64,000 nt of DNA from Octopus vulgaris (lineage: Eukaryota), in NCBI GenBank assembly GCA_951406725.2, contig OX597815.1:18910001-18974000 (forward strand), in the 5' to 3' direction. This document shows, piece by piece, positions 42,895 to 56,360 of this stretch. A model generated the notes under the pieces. The model saw only the letters and a program-made list of their open reading frames with translations. It ran no database searches and had not been told where the DNA came from. Every line of letters starts with the position of its first letter. The first letter of the stretch is position 1. The position numbers and the translations under genes are program-made.

Positions 42895-43459
42895 TGTATT
42901 ACGAATTAACGTTGAAATGAAATTACATGATTTTGATACCGGTTACGTTCAATTTCAACTGATAGAATAATGAATTACATCGACTAAAGTTTACAATTAA
43001 AGACCACATGATTATGAGCTACATAATTCAATGCAAATGGTGCCAGGCTCCAATTCCATCGACTCTACTTTCTCACTTTTCATCTGACTTTCCCAGAGGT
43101 TTTTGAAAACAGTAGTGTGTGAAGACCGGTGTGTTATTCGGATCGATAAACTGTTCAATAATTTGTCATTCTTCACGCAAAAGACCAAACTTGATGCTCT
43201 TGCCTTTTCGAGCCGTTCTTGTGTCTACATCGTCGCTCAACCTCTAAAAAATTGTACCTAAAGTTCCTTCAATTTACACCGTACTATCTTTAAAAAAAAG
43301 GACGTATTACACATATTTTCCTAAATAACCATGTCTACGGGAGAATCATAGCCAAAACACCTTTGTCCGTGTGTCTGAGTATTCAGACTCTAGCCAGGGT
43401 CAAACGCTAATAACACAGGAGATTGCAAGAGTAATTATAATTTAAATGCTGACCAGTTA

Positions 43460-43665
43460 TTGGTTTCAAGTTTTGGCACCAGGCCAGGAGTTTTGACGAA
43501 GAAAGTAAGTTGATGACATCGTACATGGTTACTTATTTTATCGACTCAGAAAGGATGAAAAGGCAAAATCGACCCTGGAGGCATTTGATCTCAGAAAGTA
43601 AAATCGGTAAAGAATGTTACTAAGCAGTTTTACCCGCGCGGTTACGATTTTGTCAGCTCGCTGTC
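43460..43665 (-). mobile_element. Diverged family B SINE
   Basis: ttttatcgactcagaaaggatgaaaaggcaaaatcgacc..cagctcgc. Confidence 0.75.
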
Positions 43666-44479
43666 TTGAATGCAGCGGCAAATATTCATTAATATGTCAA
43701 ATTTTGATGAATTATTAATCGAAGATGTTTTAATAGCTTTTTTGTAAAAAAAAATTATATTGGCCCTCCTAAGAAGTTCTTAATTCGGTCAGAAAAAAAA
43801 GAAGAAAAAGGGAGATAGAAAAAGCAACCAGGATTACTATCAGAAGTTTAGAGCAAAACACTTTATCAATTCAAATCAGCTCAACATCCTAGCTCTTCTG
43901 AAAGGCTGACTTTTTTCCATTTTCTAGGCATATATTAAGCGGAAGCAGCAGCTTCTTCTGAAGAAATATTCATCTGTGCCTTCAGTTCTAAACTTGAACT
44001 ACTACAGGCTACTTTAAAATGTTGGTTACGGATGTGAAAATTTGATAACAGTACTTGTCATATTCGTTCTACGTTGCTCGGAACCATTTATCTTAAATTA
44101 TTTATTTCAGCATATCTCATATGAGACAATCTGATAAATTATTCTCAGCGCTGAAACAATGGCTTGCATACAAATAGGATAGATATTATATTGCAGTAAA
44201 GCAAAATTTCGGTCTTACTTGTTTTTGTTTATAATTTTTTTTTTTTACTGCAGTATGTTTATGTTAATAAAGATACACTAGTATGTGAAATCAGTTTTCT
44301 ATGATTGACAATATTACAAAAAACAAACAAAAATTCATGACATTCATTAGTATTATAAGCAGTGTCTATAGCTTCATTTTACGGGAGAATACATACATAC
44401 ATACATACATACATACATACATACATACATACATACATACATACATACATACATACATACATACATACATACATACATG

Positions 44480-44783
44480 TGGAGGCACATCGCTAGTGGT
44501 TAGAGCAGCGGAATCGCGGGCGAGAGATCACAGATGCGAATCTCAAACGCGGCAACGTGTGTTTATGAGTGAAACACCTCAGCTCCACGCGGCTCCGGCA
44601 GAAGGTAATGGCAAACTTCTGCTGACTCTTTCGCCACAACTTTCTCTCACTCTTTCCTCCTGCACCTTGCAGCTCACCTGCGACGGACCGGCGTCTCGTC
44701 CAGGTAGGGAACCTATACGCCAAGGAAACCGGGAAACCGGCCCTATAAGCCAGGTGTGGCTCGAGAAGGAACAAACAACAAAC
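44480..44783 (+). mobile_element. Family C SINE, tail type 4 (same tail as the 3072 copy)
   Basis: Diverged head and shared body, then ggaaaccgggaaaccggccctataagcc..ggctcgagaaggaacaaacaac. Confidence 0.85.
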
Positions 44784-45630
44784 TATATATAGTGATGTAA
44801 ATATGCCATTTGAATATGGCTAACCCCTAAGGGTGGATGCTACTGTAGTTTTTAGCCCCAGGAAGACATCTCCTCCAGCTGGCTATAGACACACTTTCTG
44901 TGCCCTATCAGTATTTGCAAAGGGAAGCCATCCTTCTACTGTTGATAACTCACTCTGATATTTATCATTGTTATATATATATATATATCGATGGAGAACA
45001 TTTTTTTCGAAAATTTTATACTCCTATCCAGCAGAGATGTAAACTAAGGCAGTGAAAAGTAAAATCTTCTGGCTAGAAACAGTAAACGCCTTTAATTCAC
45101 ACAGTAACCTCCAAATTAAGACACACACACAATTTTCTTTTATCAAGCTCAGCCAAACAATGGAGCCTATGACACGTTTTATGATCTGTCAACAGATGTG
45201 CAACATTTCGGGTGCACATATAATATCCTTATTCCCATGCTCATATAATATCCTTGTTCCCATGCTTGTAAGTTGAATAAATGCAGGATAAAGTGAACTA
45301 TTCAGGAAAATAATAAAATGGTTGAATTACATTTTAAATCACTTGTGAAGCAAGAGAACCAATCAATATATTAAACACTGATTTATTTAGATTCAACTAC
45401 TAAACAGTATATTAGAAATCCATGTGTTTGTAGCAATGACATAATTGTTGATAGGGCCCTCTACTGCTTAATTCAGTTCTCCAAAATGAGCTTATAGTGA
45501 ACATAGCCAAAATCAAATTAAAGGTGTACGGTCATAGAGCTTCATTACGATAGGTTTATGAATATATGTCTACCGATATTAGAAAGGTCTATTAAAAATG
45601 GATTGTTTTATTTAGTATATTTTACTTTAT

Positions 45631-45844
45631 AAAGACGGTGAGCCAGGCGAAATGCGTAGCCGTGTTTCGTTTGACGTTACGTTCCGAGTTCAAATTTCGC
45701 CAAGGTCGACTTTGCCATTTATTTTTTCGGGGTTGATAAATTAATTACCAGTTACACACTGGTGTCGATGTAATCGACTTAATCCGTTTGTCTGTCCTTG
45801 TTTGTCCTCTCTGTGTTTAGCCCGTTGTGGGTAGTAAAGAAATA
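45631..45844 (+). mobile_element. Family B SINE with a deletion in the head
   Basis: 15-bp TSD tatattttactttat (45616-45630 / 45845-45859). Confidence 0.9.
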
Positions 45845-48300
45845 TATATTTTACTTTATTTGTATATAACTTCAGTGAAAGGTAACACTCAGTGAAAAAT
45901 AACACCCAGTGTAAATATTGGGGGCCAAACATATAGAAGGGGGATATTACATCAACCGGAAAACTCCTACGGCATCTATGTAGTAATTCGTTAAAATCTG
46001 CACTTTCTACAGGATCCAGGGCACGTATATTAGATAATTAAGGTAAGACAAATATTTCTTAATTCCGAAATGAAGCTATATGTATATTCAGGTTAGTCAT
46101 CATACTGTCCCAGAAGCACGTTATGTACACACAAGAAAGTAATAGGATTCATTATTCAAAATAAGATATTTGCATAAGCAATTCATTCGCTATTGTCCTA
46201 GAACTGTTGCCAATCTATTAATATTTGAATTATTTATTTTATTAGCAACCAAGAAAAGAAAGAAAAAAAAACCTACATTTAAGACAATCAATTCCTGATA
46301 CATTTAAATGTAAATATAAATCTAAGTGGAATCATATGACATGTTATCTCTTCTTTGAATAGTGAACAAGTTGTTTTCGTACAAGTCATCACCATAAAAT
46401 GATTGATGATATTGCTGTTATTAATGTTGCTGTCGTTGTTCTTGTATAAAATTAATTTCAATAAAGTAATTTGAGAAATAAGAAGTTATGTGAAATATTC
46501 ATAATTGAAATGAACATAACACTGACACATCTCTGTACATTTTCTCATACATTTCAGGAGGAGCTGGGAAATCCAAGGCTAGCTAATGTATTCTGAAATG
46601 AAAGAAACTATTGAATCTTTGACTGTTTATTTTCTTCTCTGAAAGATTTGCAGTTTAAGTTCCCTAATAGCTTTTCAATATAAGTGTAGAACTCTACTTT
46701 TAGCATTTCTTAATTAATTTCATCTTGAAAAGCCCTTCTACTACAAAGATTTCTTTTCCTGTATTCTCTTATATTCCTTATACCACAAATAAATAGAAAA
46801 GACAGGAAAATGTGTTCAGAATAATAAAGAAAGCACTAACGCTGATGGCAACAAGGCAATAAAATAGAAGTGAAATAAGTGAAATATAAAATTATATGTA
46901 TGCATATAATTATATATATATATATATATATATATGCATATATTTATATATGAATATCAATGTATAAATGCAGGTGTGCGTGCGCGCACGTATTTGTGTA
47001 TATGTATGTATGTATGTGCGTATGTATATAGAATTGCATATGAGTGTCTGTACCGATTAAGTGCAGACGCAATTATGCATGCATGCATGCATGTCAGTCA
47101 GAGCTTGTATATGCTTATAGATAGGATCGGGTAATTATTTACGCACAATTATGAGCCTATATATATATATATATATACGTGTGTTTGTGTGTGTGTGTGT
47201 GCGTTTTTATGTATGTATATATGTTTGTATGTATGTATGTATGTATGTATGTATGTATGTATGTATGTATGTATGTATGTATGTATGTATGTATGTTTGT
47301 ATGTATGTATGTATGTATGTATGTATGTATGTATGTATGTATGTATGCTTGCATGTAGGTGTTTACATATGATTTCACTTGTTTTCATATGTCAGTTACT
47401 GAAGACCTGGTTTCTTACGTAAATCATTACTAGTTAAATTAAACTAATGTACTCTTTAACTAGTTCCATGACAGTTCTAACACAAACCTACCAAACTTTG
47501 TGTAAAATAAACAACTACATACATACATACATACATACGCACACTCACACACATACACATATATTTGTACATTTATATACTGACACATATCTATATACAT
47601 ATATATACAGACATATACCATTATCTATATGTGTGTGTGTGTTTGTCTTTATATCTATGTTTGTCTGGTGTCGGTGTGTTTTCGTCCCCGTAACTTAAAG
47701 ATTTAAGAAAATTGATCAACAACATATTTGAACTTGTAATACAGCCATTCACTGTGTTTTGTTATGGAGAAAGTTTCATGTTGTAGAAAATGGTGTCATT
47801 ACTTCTAAAATTAGCTTGCAGTGTCACCTACCCAGACTGAGATTCAGCCATTTTGTTAACGTTGGGCGGACGATCATACATTACCGTCCTGAGTTTCTGG
47901 GCCAAGAGCCGTCATTTCTCTTGCTATAGTTTGCTAAACGGAAAAGGGGTGTCGGCCGAGCGCTTACACAGCTCTCTCTCTTTCTCTCTCTCTCTCTTTA
48001 TCCCCTCTCTCTCTTTCCATCTTTCTCACTCTTTCTCCCCTTCTCTCTCTGTCTTTCTCACTTTTACTCTATCTCTCTCTCTGTCTCATTCTGGGGTTTT
48101 GTCACTAAGTCCAAAAGTATTCGAAAAGGATTCTATGCCTTCAGGCAACTATAAGGGCATGGCTACTGGCTCCAATGGTTCATCAGAATTCCGAGGTCTT
48201 TCATGAAACATGGAATGGAAATATATCAGTTATGAGGGATTCAATTTCCGATTAAATTGGTATTAAAATATCCAAGGAATTGAAACTCTCCTTATATCAT

Positions 48301-48446
48301 TTACAAGCTTACAATTTCGCACACCATCACATGCATATATACATATGCATACATGTGTATATATATATATATATATATACTAATATGTACACATATTTGC
48401 ATATGTATATATGCGTGTGTTGGTGTGCGAAATTGTAAACTTGTAA
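48301..48446. repeat. ~59-bp inverted repeat around an (AT)n loop
   Basis: ttacaagcttacaatttcgcacacca.. (48301-48359) pairs with ..tggtgtgcgaaattgtaaacttgtaa (48388-48446). Confidence 0.92.
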
Positions 48447-48466
48447 GCTTGCTGGAATATCTAAAT

Positions 48467-48532
<66 letters not shown>

Positions 48533-48535
<3 letters not shown>

Positions 48536-48899
48536 TCTAATAGGTAGGAAAAATATAAAATATAAAAAAATAAAAAAGATTAAAAATACACGCAACTATA
48601 TTCTCACAATACATAGACATAAAACCTCCTGCGTTCGTAACGTCTATACGTACACACAAAAACATGTATATGTACATGCCCATACACACAAACATATGTG
48701 CATTACTTACTCATACACTTATCCATACACACACACATATATATATATGTTTGTGTGTGGGGGGGAATGTACATATACATGTTTGTGCGAGTGCGTACGT
48801 TATGAACGCAGGAGGTTTTATGTATTTTGAGAATATGGTTGCGTGTAGTTCTTATCCTTTTTATTTTTACCTTTTATATTTTTCCTACCTATTAGAGTA
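48533..48899. repeat. ~105-110-bp inverted repeat around a CA/TA/TG mosaic (foldback or MITE-like)
   Basis: tactctaataggtaggaaaaatataaaa..cataaaacctcctgcgttcgtaacgt (48533-48643) matches the reverse complement of 48797-48899. Confidence 0.92.
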
Positions 48900-49099
48900 A
48901 CTTCACTTTTATTCAGGGGATTTTTATAGTGTCTGTTGCCATTAATAGCCAATGAGAATGTACCATAGCTCGTAGCTTCGGCATTTGAAACTCCTAGTAT
49001 CGTTATGACAACTTATTCATTGTCCTAAACTATACATTTATAAATATCCTATATTTACCTAATATCGAGGTCTCATTCTTTTGTTATCACTTTTTAATA

Positions 49100-49881
<782 letters not shown>

Positions 49882-50497
49882 TATTATTATTATTATTATT
49901 ACTATATATGCATACATACATGTCTATATGATATATATATAGATATACATTTATGTAAATATATATGTGTGTGAGTGTACGTGTGTGTCTGTGTGTGTGT
50001 CTGTGTGTGTGTGTGTATGTGGATGTTGTTTGTTATCTGAAGATTACTTCAATAGCTATTATTGTAAGGTGTTGATTCTTGAGTAAGTTTCTATCGCGAA
50101 TTGCAACCAGAAGCATTTTAACAACAGGTTATAGAATTTCTGCTTAAGATGCAATTCGGATCTTTATGTGAATGCATCGTTCACTTGCTGCAACGAGATT
50201 TGGCTTTGGTATTTCATCGATTCAGAGGAACTACTTTAGTTAATCGTAAAAAATAATAAAACTCCCTACAAAATAGAACGTTTTTAAACAAGGCACAACT
50301 TTGCCTGGTTTGGAATTTAAATTAGCTTAGACGAAAGCAACACTTTATGCGAAAATTATCAGATATTTACAAAAATAATACTTGGTAAAGTTTAACCAAA
50401 AAGCTATCCTAAATAATAAAAATAATAGCCATTATAATTGAAAGAATATAACTACAATTTTTTCTTAGGTTGATATCATTTTCTATGTGGAATATTC

Positions 50498-50616
50498 GTC
50501 AGCGCTCAATAACATATTTTTCTGAAGAGAGGTGGAGTATCTGTACTTGTTGATATCTCGTCTTAGTATCAGACTGCCTGAACTCGGAACCCAAACACGT
50601 GGGTAGTGAGTTTGAC
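50498..50616 (+). ncRNA. Degenerate hammerhead-like motif with a long stem II
   Basis: CTGAAGA (50522)-gag..long imperfect hairpin..ctc-GGAA-ccca(aacacg)tggg-TA. The GAAA box is mutated and stem I needs a 13-nt insertion. Confidence 0.35.
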
Positions 50617-50675
50617 GTCCATTGGTATTGAAATGTGCGCGAGGCTGTGGGAGTTTACATTTTTCTACATATATA

Positions 50676-51083
50676 GGCGCAGGAGTGGCTGTGTGGTAAG
50701 TAGCTTGCTAACCAACCACATGGTTCCGGGTTCAGTCCCACTGCGTGGCACCTTGGGCAAGTGTCTTCTGCTATAGCCCCGGGCCGACCAATGCCTTGTG
50801 AGTGGATTTGGTAGACAGTAACTGAAAGAAGCCTGTCGTATATATGTATATATATATATATGTATGTATGTGTGTGTGTTTGTCCCCCTAGCATTGCTTG
50901 ACAACCGATGCTGGTGTGTTTACGTCCTCGTTACTTAGCGGTCTGGCATAAGAGGCCGATAGAATAAGTACTGGGCTTACAAAGAATAAGTCCCGGGGTC
51001 GATTTGCTCGACTAAAGGCGGTGCTCCAGCATGGCCGCAGTCAAATGACTGAAACAAGTAAAAGAGTAAAAAAGTAAAAGAGT
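50676..51083 (+). mobile_element. Family A SINE, full length
   Basis: Most complete family A copy in the window. Confidence 0.92.
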
Positions 51084-51215
51084 ATACGCATGATGATGTT
51101 TCATCTCTCTTATATACAATCAGGTACAACCAATACCTTGAGCATTTCGATCGCGCATAGATTTAACAGGCGTCCCAACCATTGACTGACTTTGTCTTTG
51201 ACATTACTCCTATTT

Positions 51216-51444
51216 ATTTATTTATTGCCTACAAGGGGCTAAACATAGAGGGGACAAACAAGGACAGACAAATGGATTAAGTCGATTTTATCGACCCGAG
51301 TGTGTAACAGGTACTTATTTAATCGACCCCGAAAGGATGAAAGGCAAAGTCGACCTCGGCGGAATTTGAACTCAGAACGTAACGGCAGACGAAATACCGC
51401 TAAGCATTTCGCCCGGCTAACGATTGTGCCAGTTCGCCGCTCTT
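51216..51444 (-). mobile_element. Family B SINE
   Basis: 15-bp TSD acattactcctattt (51201-51215 / 51445-51459). Confidence 0.92.
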
Positions 51445-52382
51445 ACATTACTCCTATTTGTTTTGAGGTTGCTCTCTCCGTCTCCAAACTTCAATGTTTT
51501 ACAAGAGATGTCGTGCACATTTTGAGACTTAAAGATATGCATTTTAAATATGGATCAAACCGGTTTATGGTTTTAATGTACAGTCTACCGATTCTATATT
51601 TACCCTGCATACGGTTTGTTTAACAAGCACTTCTTTTCCAGAGGGTATCTAGACATGTCGCTGAAATTACTTTCGAGTTGGGTCGGTTGTTGACGATTAC
51701 AAATCTTTGCTTGTGATTAGTTGTATGTAAATCTATATTCCCCTTGCTGCCTTAACAGAACGGAATTCAGGTTTTATGAGATTTATTGTGGTATACCTGT
51801 GAAATGGTAGATTTCATGTTCAGTTGTGGATACATTTTAAGTATTGGTTGCATTTAAGTTTGCTGCTATTAGTTTTTGAGCTAGTTTGTTAACTACATCT
51901 CTGCTCGTGATGTTTTGTACATGCATCTGTTAATGCAATGTGCTGTATGATACTTGGAGGATGATTGGAGTTCCTGTTTATGTATATTAATTCTTCGTTA
52001 CGTTTACACAACCGGCTAAATGAATTACATAAGACCCCCACATGCAAAATCAAGCTTAAATATTAGCCCTTACTCTCTGTTTAACTACAATCACTTCCCC
52101 TCTCTTCAATTGTAAATGGTACTTGACGGACGAAATCTTTTCTTGCGGCTAGACACTTCCTTGTCAGCTTAACTGTTTGGGATGGCACTAATAGTTATTG
52201 GCGCATCTGGAAACCTGTAACTAATGAAGCATTTGTTCACAAATTGCGATATAAATACAGAAAATAGATATTTGTAAAGGAGGTCAAGGAACATTATTCA
52301 TTAGATACAAGGATCTTTATTTGTGGAAAATATTTATGCTCATCGCACTATACAATGAATCGTTTCCGAAAAATATAGTTGG

Positions 52383-52757
52383 TCTTACCGCTGTTCCAAT
52401 GTCTACCGTTAAATCTTAACGCTACTCCTATGTCCACCGTTAAAACTTACCGCTACTCCAATGTCTACCGTTAAATCTTACCGCTAGTCCAATGTCTGCT
52501 GTTAAATCTTACCGCTAGTCCTATGTCTACCGTTAAACCTTACCGCTACTCCTATGTCCACCGTTAAAACTTAACGCTACTCCAATGTCTACCGTTAAAT
52601 ATTACCGCTAGTTCAATGTCTACCGTTAAATCTTACCGCTACTCCTATGCCCACCGTTAAAACGTACCGCTACTCCAATGTCTACCGCTACATCTTACCG
52701 CTAGTCCAATGTCTGCTGCTGTTAAATCTTAACTCTACTTGAATGTCTAACGCTATG
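52383..52757. repeat. 31-bp minisatellite, ~12 copies
   Basis: Consensus tcttaccgctactccaatgtctaccgttaaa; units are contiguous with no spacers. Confidence 0.95.
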
Positions 52758-53640
52758 TCAAAATACTTATACTGGAATACTCTTTTAATTTTGCTACACA
52801 GAATTATTTGATGGACGCTTCGTGGTCAATCGATTGGATTATGGATAATCAATTAAGAACATAGCCTTTGTCTATGGCAGTTAATAGCTGAAACTTCAAC
52901 AAGAAACGAATGTTTTCGACAGCCTGAATTAGCCAGTCCATTACGTTGGTATGACAGAACGATTATGCATAGACATTACAATTATGCATTGTGTGTGATT
53001 ACACTACAGCAGCATTCTCTTTCTATATTCTGAACAATTGCATAACAAAGCTTTCTGAAGAAATACAGGAGCGATGAAGCGATTTTATTTTCTTGACATC
53101 TTGCGTAGATTGACATTTCTAATGCTGGATTGTGTCATTGAAACACGTCTCCTGAAATGTGCAGAAGACATTTGCATATTATTATTCAAGAACTATCGTG
53201 ATTCTTCTAAATCATGGGAGATGTGGGTGGAAATGATTTTTCATTACTCATATTAAGTTATACTGCATGCTGACCTGGCAGATGTGGCGACGAAATTACA
53301 ATTGCATTTGATTTGCCTTTACGTATTATATTCATTGAATGTTAAATGAAGAGCATTTGCATTCTTTCATTGGATCATATGACACTCGACACTCTGATCT
53401 ACGCACAGATTCGCTACAGAATTAATTTTACAAGCTTTATGCATGATGATGCTTGAGCAACGAAGAACCAGTAGTTTGGACGAGATTTAGAATTAAAGTT
53501 TTCTAACTACATTATTTAACTACATTGCATTGGGAAAGAATAGTTGTTCAGGTTCAGCTTATTTTATACACCCTTAGGGTTGTCTCAGAGTAGAAATTTC
53601 GTAATAATATTATTATAAGATTATTATATATATATATATA

Positions 53641-53733
53641 TTACTACATACAAGGGGCTAAACACAGAGGGGATAAACAAGGACAGACAAACGGATTAAG
53701 TCGATTAGATCGACCCCAGTGTGTAACTGGTAC
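53641..53733 (-). mobile_element. Family B SINE, 3' fragment
   Basis: aaggggctaaacacagagg..ggattaagtcgattagatcgaccccagtg. Confidence 0.85.
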
Positions 53734-54773
53734 TATTGGCGCCTTTATGTCAATGTTTTGACAGAATAAGGACAGAAATAGTGGAGGCCTACTGGTGATT
53801 CAGATATCGAGATATTTCCCCATCTCTCTCTCACGACTTGTGTTTATGGCACATGCACACGCACACATACACACACACACACACATATGTGATAAACTAA
53901 CAGAAAGGTTAAGTTTTTTAATTGATAACTGCGTGAGATATTCTTCTATTCTTCTATGCATAGTAATTATAACATCATGTGGTTCAAAGACTCCTGAACA
54001 TTCTGGATGGTGCATAATTAGGGAACCAGAGTTACTCTTCACATATATAACTAATTTCTTAAATGTAAATATTGATGTTCCATCTCAACAATAACTTTCT
54101 TAGAAATCCTGTTTACTGAAGGAAAAAATTATAACGTAACTTTTCAACAGTGATTTCATTAACCAAAAGTGTTTGAAATTTCTGGCAGTAATAGTTTTAA
54201 AAAAATACTTTTAAATATTACCTTAACTAAAGCTTGGAATATTTTTTGCCACTAGTAAGGTGAGAATGTAAATGAAAACGCTTGTAGTTCTTTTAACTTG
54301 GAAGACAGAAATGTAAACTAATTATAGTGCACTATACTTCATATTTTAATTAGTCTAATGGAGTTATTTTAAAAATAGATATTGTTTAAAAGTTATTTAT
54401 TCTTATATGTAATCATCTAATTAATTTAGTCGATATAAATACCGAAATAAATCCCAAAATGAAAAAATAAAGACTTGGTTCAAATACATTCAGCTAGTGT
54501 GAACATTGCTGTGGTACAAGCAAATATATTTGATTAGTTAGAATGAAGTAGCGAAACGCGTGGTTTAATATAATACAGAATGTAAAGTAAACAGTATAAA
54601 TCCGTATAATGGGAATTAAAAACAACACTAGTTCTTCCTATAACAAACAACACGTCACTGGCTAATACAGTAATCGATATAACTTATGCTGAGGGGTATT
54701 CCTTCTATCAGCTGTCGACAGGCGATCACTATTATTTCGACACTTGTCAAATTCAACGCAAAGAAACACATAC

Positions 54774-54859
<86 letters not shown>

Positions 54860-55375
54860 TTAGGCTTAAACCACGCGACACTCCTTTTCTTTCCAAGTCA
54901 GCACATTCAAAGAAACCGTACAGCCAAACTGAAATTAGCCGAGTCTATCCTATTGCCGTGCCGCAACTTATTTTTAACCGTTAGTCGAGCCAACTGTTTT
55001 GCTTATTCATTGAAATTAATACCTATTTTTGTTTAATTGACTGGCTTTTTTTTTGTTTCCTTTCTATTTTAATTATTATACGCCATGTTTGTGTCTAACA
55101 CTTAACCAAATAAACATGATTGATCATTGTTACTCACGTGATAGCACTATGTCCGCATAAAAAAAAAATGACGCCATAGTGTCAAATCACGTATCGCTTC
55201 TTCTACTCCTTTTTCCTTCTTCATTTCATTACTAACACATACAAAAGTTCTAAAATTTGGGAGATATATATTCAGCTGAATCTGCTCTAGTGCTTGACAA
55301 GAAATTATTTTATGCACCGAGGAACAATGAAAGCAAAATGGTCCCCGACGGATTGTTAATTCAGAACAAACATGA

Positions 55376-55536
55376 GTAAATACCTATTTCGTATAGCTAC
55401 GATATTTCAGTTTTGCAGAAAGGTATAATCGACAGTATTTGACAAGCACATGTATTTTGTGGACTTCATAACACAGAATCCACCCTGATAAAATTTTGAA
55501 CACAAGTACAATGTATATGCTTACGTTTTCATCCAG
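55376..55536 (+). repeat. Local direct duplication; second copy at 55843-55949 plus 56361-56388
   Basis: Near-identical gtaaatacctatttcgtatagctacg.. segments. Confidence 0.93.
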
Positions 55537-55946
55537 CAACGCTGCCAATCCACCTCTGAAGAATGAAATTCTTATACGGGTTATTAATAATTTTAAATAT
55601 TCCGGAATTGACTTTACTCTAATTCTTTTGAGGTGATATTTTTAACGTTACATTTCTTACAAAAAGAAATATTTACCTTGCGCTTGCGTTGGAAACAATT
55701 TTGCTAACTATTGAAAAAGACAAAGTAAGATACTGCCAAATCGGAAAGACTTAATACGGTCGCTTGTTTGGCAAAAAAATAACAGCAAAACTCTTCTTAT
55801 GTCGTATCAATTAGTATTTAAAGAATGGGAGTAGCTTGTTTGGTAAATACCTATTTCGTATAGCTACGATATTTTAGTTTTGCAGAAAGGTATAATCGAC
55901 AGTATTTGACAAGTACATGTATTTTGTGGACTTCATAACACAAAAT

Positions 55947-56360
55947 CCAGGTCTCAAAAATTTGTCCTACGAAGAAAGGCTGAGGACGCTCGACCTTTAT
56001 TCTCTTGAAAAACGCCGCCGCCGTGGTGATCTCATTCTCGCCCACAACATCATAAGCGGAAAGTGTAACCTCTCGAAAGAGCTGTTCTTCACTCCTGCTC
56101 CAGAGCGTCGGCTGCGGGGTCATTCCGAAAAGCTCTACCTGCGACGATTTCATCTCAATCGAAGGAGAGGAGCTTTCTCCGTCCGGGTTGCGGATCCGTG
56201 GAACAAGCTGCCAGACGAGATGGTGAAGATGCCGACGACCGCTTTGTTCAAGTGGCCTGAACTCTTTGCATGAACACCACCCTGTACTTAACTCCATGTC
56301 CCCCTACATGGCCTTGCTATTTGCTTTTGAGCCAAATTAACTAACTAACTAACTAACTAA
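55947..56360 (+). mobile_element. CR1-clade LINE, 5'-truncated 3' end with (CTAA)n tail
   Basis: PGLKNLSYEERLRTLDLYSLEKRRRRGDLI..RGHSEKL..FSVRVADPWNKLP is the canonical CR1 ORF2 C-terminus. Confidence 0.95.

Noticed and set aside
51480-52050. Minus-strand YPLEKKCL resembling a PLE zinc/GIY-YIG linker
   Set aside because: A single weak motif; cannot be supported without tBLASTn.
52383-52757. CRISPR-like periodicity
   Set aside because: Units are contiguous with no unique spacers, there are no cas genes, and the context is eukaryotic.
54540-54570. atgaagtagcgaaacgcgt, resembling a PLE end
   Set aside because: Too short and degenerate.
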